Below are positions 10,359 to 19,460 of a DNA stretch of 64,000 nt, piece by piece. A program made the translations under genes and the position numbers. Each line of letters begins with the position of its first letter. The first letter of the stretch is position 1. This DNA comes from an uncultured Nitrospiraceae bacterium. Its GTDB lineage: Bacteria; Nitrospirota; Nitrospiria; Nitrospirales; Nitrospiraceae. The notes below the pieces were generated by a model. The model made no database searches. It was not told the origin of the DNA and saw nothing but the letters and a program-made list of their open reading frames with translations. The stretch covers positions 96,001-160,000 of the forward strand of contig CAVPLT010000002.1 of the NCBI GenBank assembly GCA_963706325.1, given 5' to 3'.

Positions 10359-11733
10359 TTCCACGATGCCACACCGTCTTGTGCCGTCCTCCACCCTCAT
10401 TGGTCTCTGTCACGGGATGGGCCAGCCCCGCCCGAGTCAACATGGCCTTAGCTTGGGCGAGTCGAGCCGCCGACACGTTGCGGGAGAACAGAGCCGAAAC
10501 GCTGGTATCGTCCAAGCTGCCATGCGCCTCTATGGCGCGTAAGATCGTATCCGCGTGAGGATCGCCGGTGTTGTCCCCCAAAATGTAGCGGGTCGAGGCC
10601 TCGGCATAGCTCCAGAGCGCACAGGCGGCAGAGAGGTGCACGGACTCAATGACGGCTTGCCCATCGAGGACCGCATAGAGGGCTGCGAGGCGCATGACCT
10701 GAGACTCCGCACGCCCGAGGAGATCGCCGGCCATGCCAGGACGTTCTTGGGAGAGCGCATGATACAGAGCGGCCCAGACAGGCTGGGCGTCCGAGGCGAG
10801 CGTCAACGGCGACATGCTGCGGCCGGCTTGGAGCCGTGCCCGAAGTCGTCGGCTCAGCGCGTCCATTTCAGCAGGATGGGGACTTGAGGGAAAGGGCAGC
10901 TCGTTGGAGGACCGTTTCACCGCAATCCACACAAATCGATTCCCGAAGCCGTTACAGGCTTCCGTACTCGTCAGATTTCTCAAAAGTTCATTCTGCGTCA
11001 CGTGCCCGACGATCCCCACGTGAGGGGCGGTGGCCCGGATCCGGTTGCCCTTCGTCATGGGCGCGAGGTCTTTGCCGTCCCAGGCGTCCTGCAACACGCC
11101 CGAGAGACTGTTCCCGTCCCGCTCCATGACGCGGAGCACCACGCCAAATTCGGTTTGTACGAGAAAGAGCCGCTTGTCTTCGATGCCGCTATCTACGAGA
11201 ACTCGTTGCGTCTCTCCGGTTAACTTTCCGTTCTGTCTGATCGGCTCTTCTTTGTATTGAGGATCTCGGACCGAGAAGGCCAAGCCTTCACCGCTGGAGA
11301 GCGTGCCGCGACATTCGCCACGGGTCCACACCGGGTCTGCGTGTTGGCACAGACTTTCAATGCGCTTGTCCGCCGTGCCCTTCCGGCTCTTGCTGGATTT
11401 CCCCACGAGCACCGGCCAAAACAGAAGCGGATGATACCCGCCGTCCAAGATGAGGTGCGGCGCGCGGCCCAACATGACGCCGACCTCCGACAGCAATGAG
11501 ACGAGCAGCGCCACAGGGGCGGCTTCAGTATGTGGCTCGTACAGCCGGACCACCTCGCCCGCCAGTCCATGCAGCGCTTCATCGTTCAGGGTGGGCCAGG
11601 TGTCCGCTATCGGCGCCGGCTCTGCGGACTCAGGGACTAACGGGGCTATCCGGTCAAGAAAGTGATCATGAACAAGCTCCGTGTCAGTCTTAGTGAATCG
11701 CTCGACTTGCTGGAGAAATGCCGTGTCACGCAT
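10333..11733 (-). CDS. DUF3987/YfjI-type replication NTPase/helicase
   Basis: WPTLNDEALHGLAGEVV, Walker-A-like LVGKSSKSRKGT, SSGEGL, EFG, DAWDG, NGFGNRF. Confidence 0.8.
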   Translation of the reverse strand: MRDTAFLQQVERFTKTDTELVHDHFLDRIAPLVPESAEPAPIADTWPTLNDEALHGLAGEVVRLYEPHTEAAPVALLVSLLSEVGVMLGRAPHLILDGGYHPLLFWPVLVGKSSKSRKGTADKRIESLCQHADPVWTRGECRGTLSSGEGLAFSVRDPQYKEEPIRQNGKLTGETQRVLVDSGIEDKRLFLVQTEFGVVLRVMERDGNSLSGVLQDAWDGKDLAPMTKGNRIRATAPHVGIVGHVTQNELLRNLTSTEACNGFGNRFVWIAVKRSSNELPFPSSPHPAEMDALSRRLRARLQAGRSMSPLTLASDAQPVWAALYHALSQERPGMAGDLLGRAESQVMRLAALYAVLDGQAVIESVHLSAACALWSYAEASTRYILGDNTGDPHADTILRAIEAHGSLDDTSVSALFSRNVSAARLAQAKAMLTRAGLAHPVTETNEGGGRHKTVWHRGTKETNLTN

Positions 11734-12182
11734 GTTGCAGACCCTCCGCTTCCAATAGTTGCCACGCACGGCCGACGGGATCGAGCGCCGCGGCGAGTCC
11801 ATCATCGGTCCAGGCTTCAATGGAAAGTCCATGGGCCGCTCGCACCAGGGAGTCCGCTTCTCGGAGCACATCCGCCTGCCGGCCGTTCGCCTTCTCAATT
11901 GCCTCCCGTGCCGCTTTCCTGTGCCCGCTACTCCCACACGCGACGACGCTCACCCGAATCCCATTCGCCGCTATCAAAGAAGAGGTCTGAAATTCTGAGG
12001 CCGAGCGTGCGCGTAATGTCTTCAGCGCTGCAGCCAGCCCAACACTTGAGTAAGACACCGCGATCTCCTTCTCTCACGCTGAGGCTGGGGGAGCGGTCAT
12101 CATGGGAGGGACATCGCGCGAGCCAACTTCGAGGGGTCTGCTTCGCACCGTCCACGAGCTGAACGAAGGCATTGATGGTCAT
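11726..12182 (-). pseudogene. Primase-type Zn-binding domain protein, interrupted (TAG plus frameshift near 11930)
   Basis: ARCPSHDDRSPSLSV...LLKCWAGC (CHC2-like). The downstream frame KAAREAIEKANG...LQHA ends overlapping the helicase ATG. Confidence 0.7.
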
Positions 12183-12385
12183 CGTGTGGTGACCCTGTTC
12201 TCTTGCAAGTCCAGCAAGCCAGCGATGGCTCGGTGTGCCTGTCGAATTAACTCGCGCTGCTCCGGAGTCCACGTCTGTTGTCGCCACACTCGCTCCAACC
12301 ATTCGACAATCAAACGAAGGGCTCGCGAGACAGTGAGAGAGAAGGGTGTCTTGTGAATGGATCGCAACTCACGTATTGTCCTCAT
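12179..12385 (-). CDS. Hypothetical protein
   Basis: 68 aa; ATGA overlap with the next gene. Confidence 0.55.
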   Translation of the reverse strand: MRTIRELRSIHKTPFSLTVSRALRLIVEWLERVWRQQTWTPEQRELIRQAHRAIAGLLDLQENRVTTR

Positions 12386-12474
12386 TGTTCAGGGGGTCCT
12401 TTCTATTTGAGCCGGTCGAGGAGGTAATGACTCCTCGCCGGCTTTCCCTTTGTTAGACCGTGTCATCGCTCGTG

Positions 12475-12678
12475 TTATCCCACCGTCGTGCGATTTCTGA
12501 GCGCCTGACGAACTTCCGTGAGTGAGAACCGCACGCCTCGGCCTTTGACTCCCACTTTGTAGGCTGGGACTCGGCCAGCCTTCGCCATTTTGTAGAAAGT
12601 CGCTTTTGGCAAGCCTAGTGCAGCCGCGCATGCATCTGCGTCGATTAGAGGCGCTTCGGCAGTTGATGTAGATTCCAT
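12475..12678 (-). CDS. AlpA/excisionase-family HTH protein
   Basis: LIDADACAAALGLPKATFYKMAKAGRVPAYKVG...VRFSLTEV. Confidence 0.82.
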   Translation of the reverse strand: MESTSTAEAPLIDADACAAALGLPKATFYKMAKAGRVPAYKVGVKGRGVRFSLTEVRQALRNRTTVG

Positions 12679-12803
12679 GATCTCTCCCCGGTGTTGTGCG
12701 CTTCACCTCGAAGCACACTGATGCTCCAGGAATACCACCAGGAAGAAATGGGGAATACTGCCGTTATGGGATGAAGGTAATTAAAGAAGACAGCTGGGAG
12801 ACT

Positions 12804-13439
12804 TTATTTGCGACCGGTGGGCCTGCCGCGCTTTTTCTTTTGATCGCGCGGATCAATAGCACGGAGCCAGAGTTGAAGGGTTCTATCACTGTATTTGTCT
12901 ACGAATGGTTTCAGTCCGGGTGAATTGATGATCTCCTTGAATGTTGCCGTGGGATTCAGGGCCCATTCTTCCTTGCCAATTTGTTGCACGCTGGGTTTGT
13001 CGACAAAATCCGGCCGCTTCCTGACGGCGACTTTGGCATGGTAACCTTTTACGGCTACATCGCCAGCCAACAGACGCAGGCCTTCCTCCTCACCAAGCTG
13101 AACGGCTTTAGAAATCTCCACAAGTGTTTCGAGGCCATCGTCATAAGTCGGCATCTTTTGTTTCACCAGAACCATGACGAGAGCTGCGTACTTGTATTCA
13201 ACTTGATACTCAAATTGTTTCCGGAGGTCTTCGTAGGTCATCCGACGTTCTATTGCCAAATGAAAGAGCTTGGTTCTTGCCGAATAGAATCTGCTCATGC
13301 ATGGTTTTTGGATCCAGTCAGGCGGAATCCCCTTGATGCCGTCATAAGGCGCCTCTAGCCATGTCTCTAATTCAGGGGCCGAAGACGGAGGAGACGGTTC
13401 TTGAACGGCCGGTGTTGTGAAAGTCGGCTTCTTCGGCAT
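12804..13439 (-). CDS. Hypothetical protein with a possible C-terminal DNA-binding region
   Basis: AGGAG SD, 211 aa, ends YSDRTLQLWLRAIDPRDQKKKRGRP; it occupies the regulator position upstream of alpA. Confidence 0.6.
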   Translation of the reverse strand: MPKKPTFTTPAVQEPSPPSSAPELETWLEAPYDGIKGIPPDWIQKPCMSRFYSARTKLFHLAIERRMTYEDLRKQFEYQVEYKYAALVMVLVKQKMPTYDDGLETLVEISKAVQLGEEEGLRLLAGDVAVKGYHAKVAVRKRPDFVDKPSVQQIGKEEWALNPTATFKEIINSPGLKPFVDKYSDRTLQLWLRAIDPRDQKKKRGRPTGRK

Positions 13440-13554
13440 GTCCACTCCTGCGTGTGGGCCTGGTGAGAGGAGGGCAGTACCAGCTCCAGGAAAGCTGGCC
13501 GATCGGGTGATCAAGCCCGATCGTTACTGCCCGTGTGAGTGTAGCGTTAGAGAA

Positions 13555-13923
13555 TCACGATGTGAAGTGCCGCGTTGCGGTGAATAAGGCCGCAACGAGC
13601 TCAGGATTCTCCTCGCGCCACTGTTGCCAACTTTCATCGGTGAGCTTCCACGCAAGCCATTCCGGATGGTCTGGCGAGGGCGTAAACGGCTGACGATTCG
13701 CCTTGCAGCGTGCGCATCGTTGTGGCCGTCGCGCGATCATAAAGAGATGGCTCCCGCAAAAGTACAGTCCGCATCCGTACTCGCCGCCGTATGGTTGTCC
13801 ACCGCACACATAGGCCAACCCGCGATCGATCTCTTTCCCGCACCCTGGGTGGTCACAGTAGACGGGTACTCCATGCCCGATATCGCGCTTCCAATTCTCG
13901 TCATACCCTAATGACCAGCCCAT
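13555..13923 (-). CDS. Cys-rich phage-type hypothetical protein
   Basis: MGWSLGYDENWKRDIGHGVPVYCDHPGCGKEIDRGLAYVCGG...GCGLYFCGSHL...CARC; GGAGG SD. Confidence 0.75.
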   Translation of the reverse strand: MGWSLGYDENWKRDIGHGVPVYCDHPGCGKEIDRGLAYVCGGQPYGGEYGCGLYFCGSHLFMIARRPQRCARCKANRQPFTPSPDHPEWLAWKLTDESWQQWREENPELVAALFTATRHFTS

Positions 13924-14061
13924 GACGTGTCCTCCTCCATGAACCCCTCAACCCGGCCATGCTTCCCTCACCTCGCGGGAATGGTGGACGGTCATCTGAG
14001 CTGGTGCTGAGGGTACTGGTGCCGGTGGCATTCGTATCAACTCGTTCAGACATCACCCACA

Positions 14062-15059
14062 TCAGCTCCACGCCATGGTTTCGGCCAAGCGATACTCTTG
14101 AGAGACAGGTTCCGCGTCCGTCTCTGCTGGCTTCAAGGCCCACATCCAGTCCGCATAGGCCTGAATGATTCACTGATTTTCTCGAAATTCAACCGCGTAT
14201 AGATGGCCACCGGCCTGGAGTCGTAGTGGTTCAGTACGGCTTTTGCCGTTAAGTCATCGGCTTTGATCTCGTTATACAAGTAGGTGGCCAGCGTGCGGCG
14301 GAAATCGAGCAGCCACAGGTCGGGCATGTTCAGTTCAATCCTGAGACGGTCCCACACCTTCCTCGCCGAGCCTTCACGGAGACTATGTCCGTAGTGTCCT
14401 GGAAAGACAAAGTCGGCGTTTCTTGGGAGCGCACGAATGTAGTGAAGCGCCTGGGTAGGAATCTGAACAAATTGAGGCCGTTTATTTTTGGTGAATCGCT
14501 TCAGCCACTTCCCGTTGTCATCGATCGCATCCCAGCGCATCTCGCACAATTCCTTGATCCGTCCAGGTACCAAAATGCGGCAGGCAAAAAACGCCTGATA
14601 CTTGGGAGACAGGTACTCCAGGGCTCCGAGGAGAGCCCTGATTTCGTTCCGGTCCATGACCCGTTCACGCGGGATGTAGTCGTGCTTATTCACCCTCCAC
14701 GCGGGATTGTGTCCCTCGTAGATCGGGCGTCGGGTGAGTGGGTCAATGCGATCACTGGCCCAGCTGTAGGCCTGCTTGATGAGCCCGAGAGTCTTATTTG
14801 CCTGTGATGGCACGGCCTCCAGGGATTGCTTGAGCAGGAGCACGTCATACCGAGTGATAGCACTCGCGAGACGATCCCGCCATTTGGGAGTATCGAAATA
14901 GAGTTTATAAGTGTATTCGTATGCCCTACCACTCGAACGGGAGCCGAGATGCTTGAGGTATCCCTGCATGAGCGCACCGAACGTAATCCCGTTGTTGATC
15001 TGTTCCGGCACGGCCGGTAGGGGCGTGGGTGGTTGGTCCGTCAGAACATTCATCATCAC
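14062..15059 (-). CDS. Second tyrosine recombinase/integrase; 1-nt frameshift near 14166
   Basis: GRIKELCEMRW, TKN, LDFRRTLATYL, VLNHYD...IY. The C-terminus continues IIQAYADWMWAL...AWS* if one A is added at GA ATC. Confidence 0.82.
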
Positions 15060-15122
15060 TTGTCCTTTCCATGAGCTGTGCGCGGGGAAGCAAAGGCCTC
15101 CCCCGCATGGGTCCTGGATGGG

Positions 15123-15398
15123 CTACCCCTTCTTCCGCTTCAGCTGCAGTTCCAGTCGTCGCACCTCTGTCGCGCTAAGCTTCGTGATGTCGTGTCGCGC
15201 GATGTAGGCCCACGGCCGCTGCTTGCGTTCCCGCTTCAGATCTCGGACGGCTTCGCGCAGATCATCGGTGATCGTGCCGCATGACTCGAAGGGCCCGTAG
15301 TCCGAGTGGTCTGTGCATACTTCATATTGAATTTTTGTGAGCGTGTTTCCCTCCGCAATCACACGGGGTGAGGCTTTCTTAGTGGCGTTCTTCTTCAT
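15123..15398 (-). CDS. Hypothetical phage-like protein
   Basis: MKKNATKKASPRV..., AAGGACAGGA SD, 91 aa. Confidence 0.5.
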   Translation of the reverse strand: MKKNATKKASPRVIAEGNTLTKIQYEVCTDHSDYGPFESCGTITDDLREAVRDLKRERKQRPWAYIARHDITKLSATEVRRLELQLKRKKG

Positions 15399-15588
15399 GG
15401 TTTCCTGTCCTTTCTGTCTGTTTGGTGCCTCTTCCCGCGATGGACAACAGGTGTTCCAGCCGACTGAGCGAGATGCTGGTACCGAGTTTGGACTGTAACC
15501 GAAGGCCACGACCGCCGCGCCCGTTGCGCATGCGCCCGTGGTCATTCGCGGGGGAGCGAAATTGTTTAAAGTTCATCGGGTCGGCTCC

Positions 15589-15903
15589 CTATTCGTTGAC
15601 TACCTTAATCTTTGGATCCAGGTGCTGGAGAATCACCATCACCTCATCGAGGTTCGTCCTGATTTGGTCGAGGTTCTCCGCGAACAATTCCATTGTCGCT
15701 CTCATGTCGTGGCGGTCGGTCTTTGCACTTTCTGAAGCAGCGGGTGTGGCACTCGCGATCATGCGCGCAATGCTTTCCAGCTGGGTCACTTTGTCAAACG
15801 AGTGGGCGGTCATGTCGTGCGCCCATGTCAGCGTGCCATGTTTCGATTTCCAATCATCCATAATTCCCTTGACGAGTGTGGGCTTCGTGGTGGTTTTTGG
15901 CAT
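15589..15903 (-). CDS. Hypothetical helical protein
   Basis: AAGGAGG SD, 104 aa. Confidence 0.65.
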   Translation of the reverse strand: MPKTTTKPTLVKGIMDDWKSKHGTLTWAHDMTAHSFDKVTQLESIARMIASATPAASESAKTDRHDMRATMELFAENLDQIRTNLDEVMVILQHLDPKIKVVNE

Positions 15904-15948
15904 GATGCCTCCTTGTGACTGTGCGGGTTGCTGCCGGGGCTTTTTCGC

Positions 15949-16110
15949 TCACTTCCCTTTCTGCCCTTTCATGGGCGGGCTGAAATGTTGCGTGAGTAAC
16001 CGCCGTATCAGCCCGCTGGCCGTGGTGCCTTCGGCGCGCATGGCGCTGAGCTTGCTCTTTATTGACTTTGGAATTTGGATTTTCAGTCGTTCCATGGGCT
16101 CCGGTTTCAT
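15949..16110 (-). CDS. Ribbon-helix-helix protein
   Basis: MERLKIQIPKSIKSKLSAMRAEGTTASGLIRRLL; AAAGGAG SD. Confidence 0.72.
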   Translation of the reverse strand: MKPEPMERLKIQIPKSIKSKLSAMRAEGTTASGLIRRLLTQHFSPPMKGQKGK

Positions 16111-16137
16111 GCGGTCGTCTCCTTTCATTAAGCTACT

Positions 16138-16212
16138 ATGGGACCATGGTATCATGGGACCTCAATGGGTCAAGTGTGTCCAATTGACACCCATGAAGCG
16201 TTTCGCTACCTT
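16138..16212. promoter_or_regulatory. Back-to-back sigma70 promoters with ATGGG(A/T)C repeats
   Basis: Plus strand TTGACA(16184-89)-N17-TACCTT(16207-12); minus strand TTGACC(16173-68)-N16-TACCAT with extended TG; ATGGGACC x2, ATGGGTC and an inverted CCCAT. Confidence 0.6.
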
Positions 16213-16220
16213 TGCGCCGC

Positions 16221-16394
16221 ATGGAACAAGAAGACACAAAGAGGCAACAGATGGGTGTGCGCATAGCAGCAAACCTCATCGTCGAATCGAAGGTTTTAGC
16301 AGCTCGTCAGAAACGTAGATTGAACGAGCTAGTCGAGGAGGCCCTGCAGGATCTCTTGAAGAAGTACGCGAGTGCGAAGAAGAAATCAGGTTAG
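16221..16394 (+). CDS. Ribbon-helix-helix (Arc/Mnt-like) repressor
   Basis: RQQMGVRIAANLIVESKVLAARQKRRLNELVEEALQDLLKKY; ATG 8 nt after the -10 box (near-leaderless). Confidence 0.78.
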   Translation: MEQEDTKRQQMGVRIAANLIVESKVLAARQKRRLNELVEEALQDLLKKYASAKKKSG

Positions 16395-16408
16395 TCGGAG
16401 GGACCGCT

Positions 16409-16765
16409 ATGTCACTTTCATCTGCACCACTCAACCACTGTCCTGCCCCACTCGTGCCAATCATCTTGGAGGTTATTGCGGCGCACAATTCAGCCATGCC
16501 GAGTGCGGGCGAAGGCATCCACGAAAAAAAGATTGAGATGGCCGGCAGCGAATACGATCAGTTGCTGGTGCTCTATTACGAATCCTTTGGGAGCCCCTTC
16601 TCCTGCAATGATCCACAAAAAGGAGTGACGTACACCCTGTCTTTCGTCGACAAACCGGCCGTCGTGCACGAAACCATCACCAACGCGGCTCGCCACTATA
16701 CCGCTCGTGTGAAACTGATGAAATTGCCGCCGCTCCCGGATCTGGAAGACCAACCTAGTCCATAG
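16409..16765 (+). CDS. Hypothetical protein
   Basis: GGAGG SD, 118 aa. Confidence 0.55.
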   Translation: MSLSSAPLNHCPAPLVPIILEVIAAHNSAMPSAGEGIHEKKIEMAGSEYDQLLVLYYESFGSPFSCNDPQKGVTYTLSFVDKPAVVHETITNAARHYTARVKLMKLPPLPDLEDQPSP

Positions 16766-16794
16766 CTCAATAGGACATTTCATAAGGAGAGCCG

Positions 16795-17043
16795 ATGAAC
16801 CACCCCATGCCAGGTATTATGTGGGCGCTTGTTCGACAGCAAATCCAGGTGGAAGCCATCATTAGCGCGCTGGCCGTACAACAGCCGTCACTTCCTCAAC
16901 AGATCATGGCGCAGCTTGAGACCTTACGAACAAGTGGTCGTGTAAAGGAAATCATCGCCGAGGTCTACGAGCAGGTGAATCAGGCGGAAGACGGGGCGTG
17001 GCTCAGCCGACACGGGATACGCGACCCGGCCACGGGCAAATGA
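16795..17043 (+). CDS. Hypothetical protein
   Basis: AAGGAG SD, 82 aa, helical. Confidence 0.6.
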   Translation: MNHPMPGIMWALVRQQIQVEAIISALAVQQPSLPQQIMAQLETLRTSGRVKEIIAEVYEQVNQAEDGAWLSRHGIRDPATGK

Positions 17044-17189
17044 GGCAAGATCAAGCCCCGCTCTTCTCTGGAGTAATTCCATGACCGTTCCGACCGGTAA
17101 GAAGTGCCCACGCTGTGGCAGAATCATGAAGCAGAGCGCTGGCATGCAGCCTGGCGCGATTCAATTATTTTTATTACCTGGAGATTGAG

Positions 17190-17654
17190 ATGAACATGTC
17201 ACTGCCTCTCAGCCGGGCTGGAGTGGCCCAAACGGCATTCGGGATATGGAGAAGTGGTCCGACTGTGGCGTGGGTCCTTGTTATAATGATTTGGGGGTTG
17301 CCGCTAGCTGGATGCACGAATCCACCAACCCGGCCTGTGCTTGGGGCGTTTACTGGAGATGAGCGCGAGATAACCTATCTCGACCAGGTGCGACGGCGCG
17401 ACTCCTCTGCGCTCCAGACTCCGGAGTCGGTCCACAATGCCCTATCCTTCTATCGCGACATGAAGTTCCAGCAACGCGCCCTTTTTCTTCGGTTCCACCG
17501 ACAGTACCCCGAGGCGACACCGCAGGAAATGGCGACCCTGGTGCAGGATGCCCTACCACGGGAGACGCGTTCTGACCTTCCGAACATTCCACCACCAGCC
17601 TTCCAGTGCTTTAGCGTGAACGCAGGGAAAACCCAATCCCTTTCCTGTAATTGA
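17190..17654 (+). CDS. Putative lipoprotein (start uncertain)
   Basis: Hydrophobic stretch followed by lipobox LAGC. Confidence 0.5.
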   Translation: MNMSLPLSRAGVAQTAFGIWRSGPTVAWVLVIMIWGLPLAGCTNPPTRPVLGAFTGDEREITYLDQVRRRDSSALQTPESVHNALSFYRDMKFQQRALFLRFHRQYPEATPQEMATLVQDALPRETRSDLPNIPPPAFQCFSVNAGKTQSLSCN

Positions 17655-17847
17655 TCAGTATTAATGGCCGCAATGCGTTTCAAATGTTGTCATGAAGCTG
17701 CGCACTGGCACTCAGCCATGGAGCGGGATCTGGACCTGGGTGCGCTGCAAAAATGAAACGGTGAAGAAGCGGGAGTAGTCTCGCCGGCACAAAGCTATTT
17801 CAGTCGTCGGTGCTCATGCTCCTCACAAGAAAATTGAGAAGGCGCGA

Positions 17848-18069
17848 ATGTTCCCTCCAAGCTTTGATCTCCATGTTGGTTTGCCCTCAATGGCGGTGGG
17901 CGTCGCATTGTACTTTCTTCCCACAATCATCGCGTGGGTGCGGGCGCATTACAATCGTGTCGCGATCTTGATGCTGAACCTCCTACTGGGTTGGACCGTC
18001 GTGGGATGGATCGTATCTCTAGTCTGGTCCTTTACTAATCCCCCACCGAGCACCCATCACCAGGCATGA
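17848..18069 (+). CDS. Superinfection immunity protein (T4 Imm family)
   Basis: LYFLPTIIAWVRAHYNRVAILMLNLLLGWTVVGWIVSLVWS signature. Confidence 0.88.
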   Translation: MFPPSFDLHVGLPSMAVGVALYFLPTIIAWVRAHYNRVAILMLNLLLGWTVVGWIVSLVWSFTNPPPSTHHQA

Positions 18070-18509
18070 CGCTCTTCAAACTCGGCTTGCTCTTATTCTG
18101 GACGCTCTGGCTTCTGATCGTGTTTCTCACCAATCTCTTTGAGTGGCTCAAGGTGCTGCGGATCGTCCCGCCGTACTGGAAATTCGCCTCTTCAAATTAT
18201 CAGGCCATCGTCCAAGCGACTGGCATCTATCAGGCACCTGAGTGGGTGGCCAAGGTTTTGTTCCTCGGCGTGCTCATCTGGCAGTGTGGAACGCTTCTCG
18301 CGTTCGGACGTGCGCTCCTGTCCATGTGGTGGTATGGAATGTGGCTCTTGGGCCCCGTCATGGAGGCCTTCGCGGCGAGCTTAGGACTTCTGGCCGCCTT
18401 TATCCTAGCCGATGAGATCTTCAAGCAGTATGACCTTGAGCGGGCACACCTCCTGTTGTTCATCGCTCAATTACTGACGGTGCTCTCGATCTATGTGTTG
18501 CCTGCCTAA
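18066..18509 (+). CDS. Four-TM membrane protein
   Basis: 147 aa hydrophobic ORF, ATGA-coupled to the Imm gene. Confidence 0.72.
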   Translation: MTLFKLGLLLFWTLWLLIVFLTNLFEWLKVLRIVPPYWKFASSNYQAIVQATGIYQAPEWVAKVLFLGVLIWQCGTLLAFGRALLSMWWYGMWLLGPVMEAFAASLGLLAAFILADEIFKQYDLERAHLLLFIAQLLTVLSIYVLPA

Positions 18510-18750
18510 GCGTTGACCAGGATTGCTTGGATTCGAGTACGGTGACACAAGTCATTCAGCCTCCTGCAGTCTCCACGTATTGGGAAGTCCACCCGCTGGC
18601 ACCTTCTGCGCGTACAGCATTGCCGTCCTAACTCGTAATGGCTCTTCCAGCGAAGGCATACCGGCTCCGATCCCCCACGAATGTCACCACTGGGCAAGTC
18701 CTAGGGGCTTGCCTACTGCCCTGGACTGTTTGGACGGCGCACCATAGCGC

Positions 18751-19201
18751 ATGACTAACCTACAAAAATTACCCCATATCTCTCTGGCCGAGGTGCAGGC
18801 CAGCTCCGAAGCCGAGGGACATCCTCTTCTCCTGGCGTTTGACGACGGGACGGGGCCTGGAGGGACGTACTGGAAGGCGGGTGATCCAGGGGAACAGACG
18901 ATTACCGTGACGTTCCGGGAGCCCTGCACGCTCGCGCAGATCACCATGGAAGTGGAAGAGCGGGAAGTCGAACGCACTCAGGAGGTGCAGCTCGCGTTGT
19001 CGGTTGACGGAGGACAAACGTATCGAGAACTCGTCAGTCAGGAGTTCAACTTCAGCCCGCAGGGTGCGACGTGGGAACAAGAAACCTGGCAACCCCCCAA
19101 GAAGACCGAGTCACCAATCTTCGATTAGTTATCAAGCCCGATAAAGGCGGACCGAATACCATGCGACGCTGACCTCTCTGAGTTTGTGGCAGGCGGCCTG
19201 A
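18751..19201 (+). pseudogene. Galactose-binding/discoidin-like protein with two C-terminal frameshifts
   Basis: SSEAEGHPLLLAFDDGTGPGGTYWKA...RTQEVQLALSVDGGQTYRELVSQEFNFSP; continues VTNLRLVIKPDKGG and ATLTSLSLW in shifted frames. Confidence 0.6.
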
Positions 19202-19460
19202 CATGACATTCCCTCTCTTCGATTGCCTTTACGCGAATCCCTTCTCACCCTGGTGATTAGCCTCTACCATTCTTACAACAAATATACGCAAAAACCCTAT
19301 ACATTTATGACCGTTACCTATATAATCGGATCCATGGTTTTCACCCCTTCACCCGGCAGCGACACTGCCATAACGGAGCCTGTTATGGATGCGGTCGATG
19401 CCTGAGCTCTCTAAGCCATCCCGCAGGCGCCACACCTTAATTAGAAAGGTAGGTGCCCGC

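Noticed and set aside
15422..16318. 298-aa plus-strand ORF
   Set aside because: It is the antisense shadow of minus-strand genes that have strong SDs, and it has no recognisable motifs.
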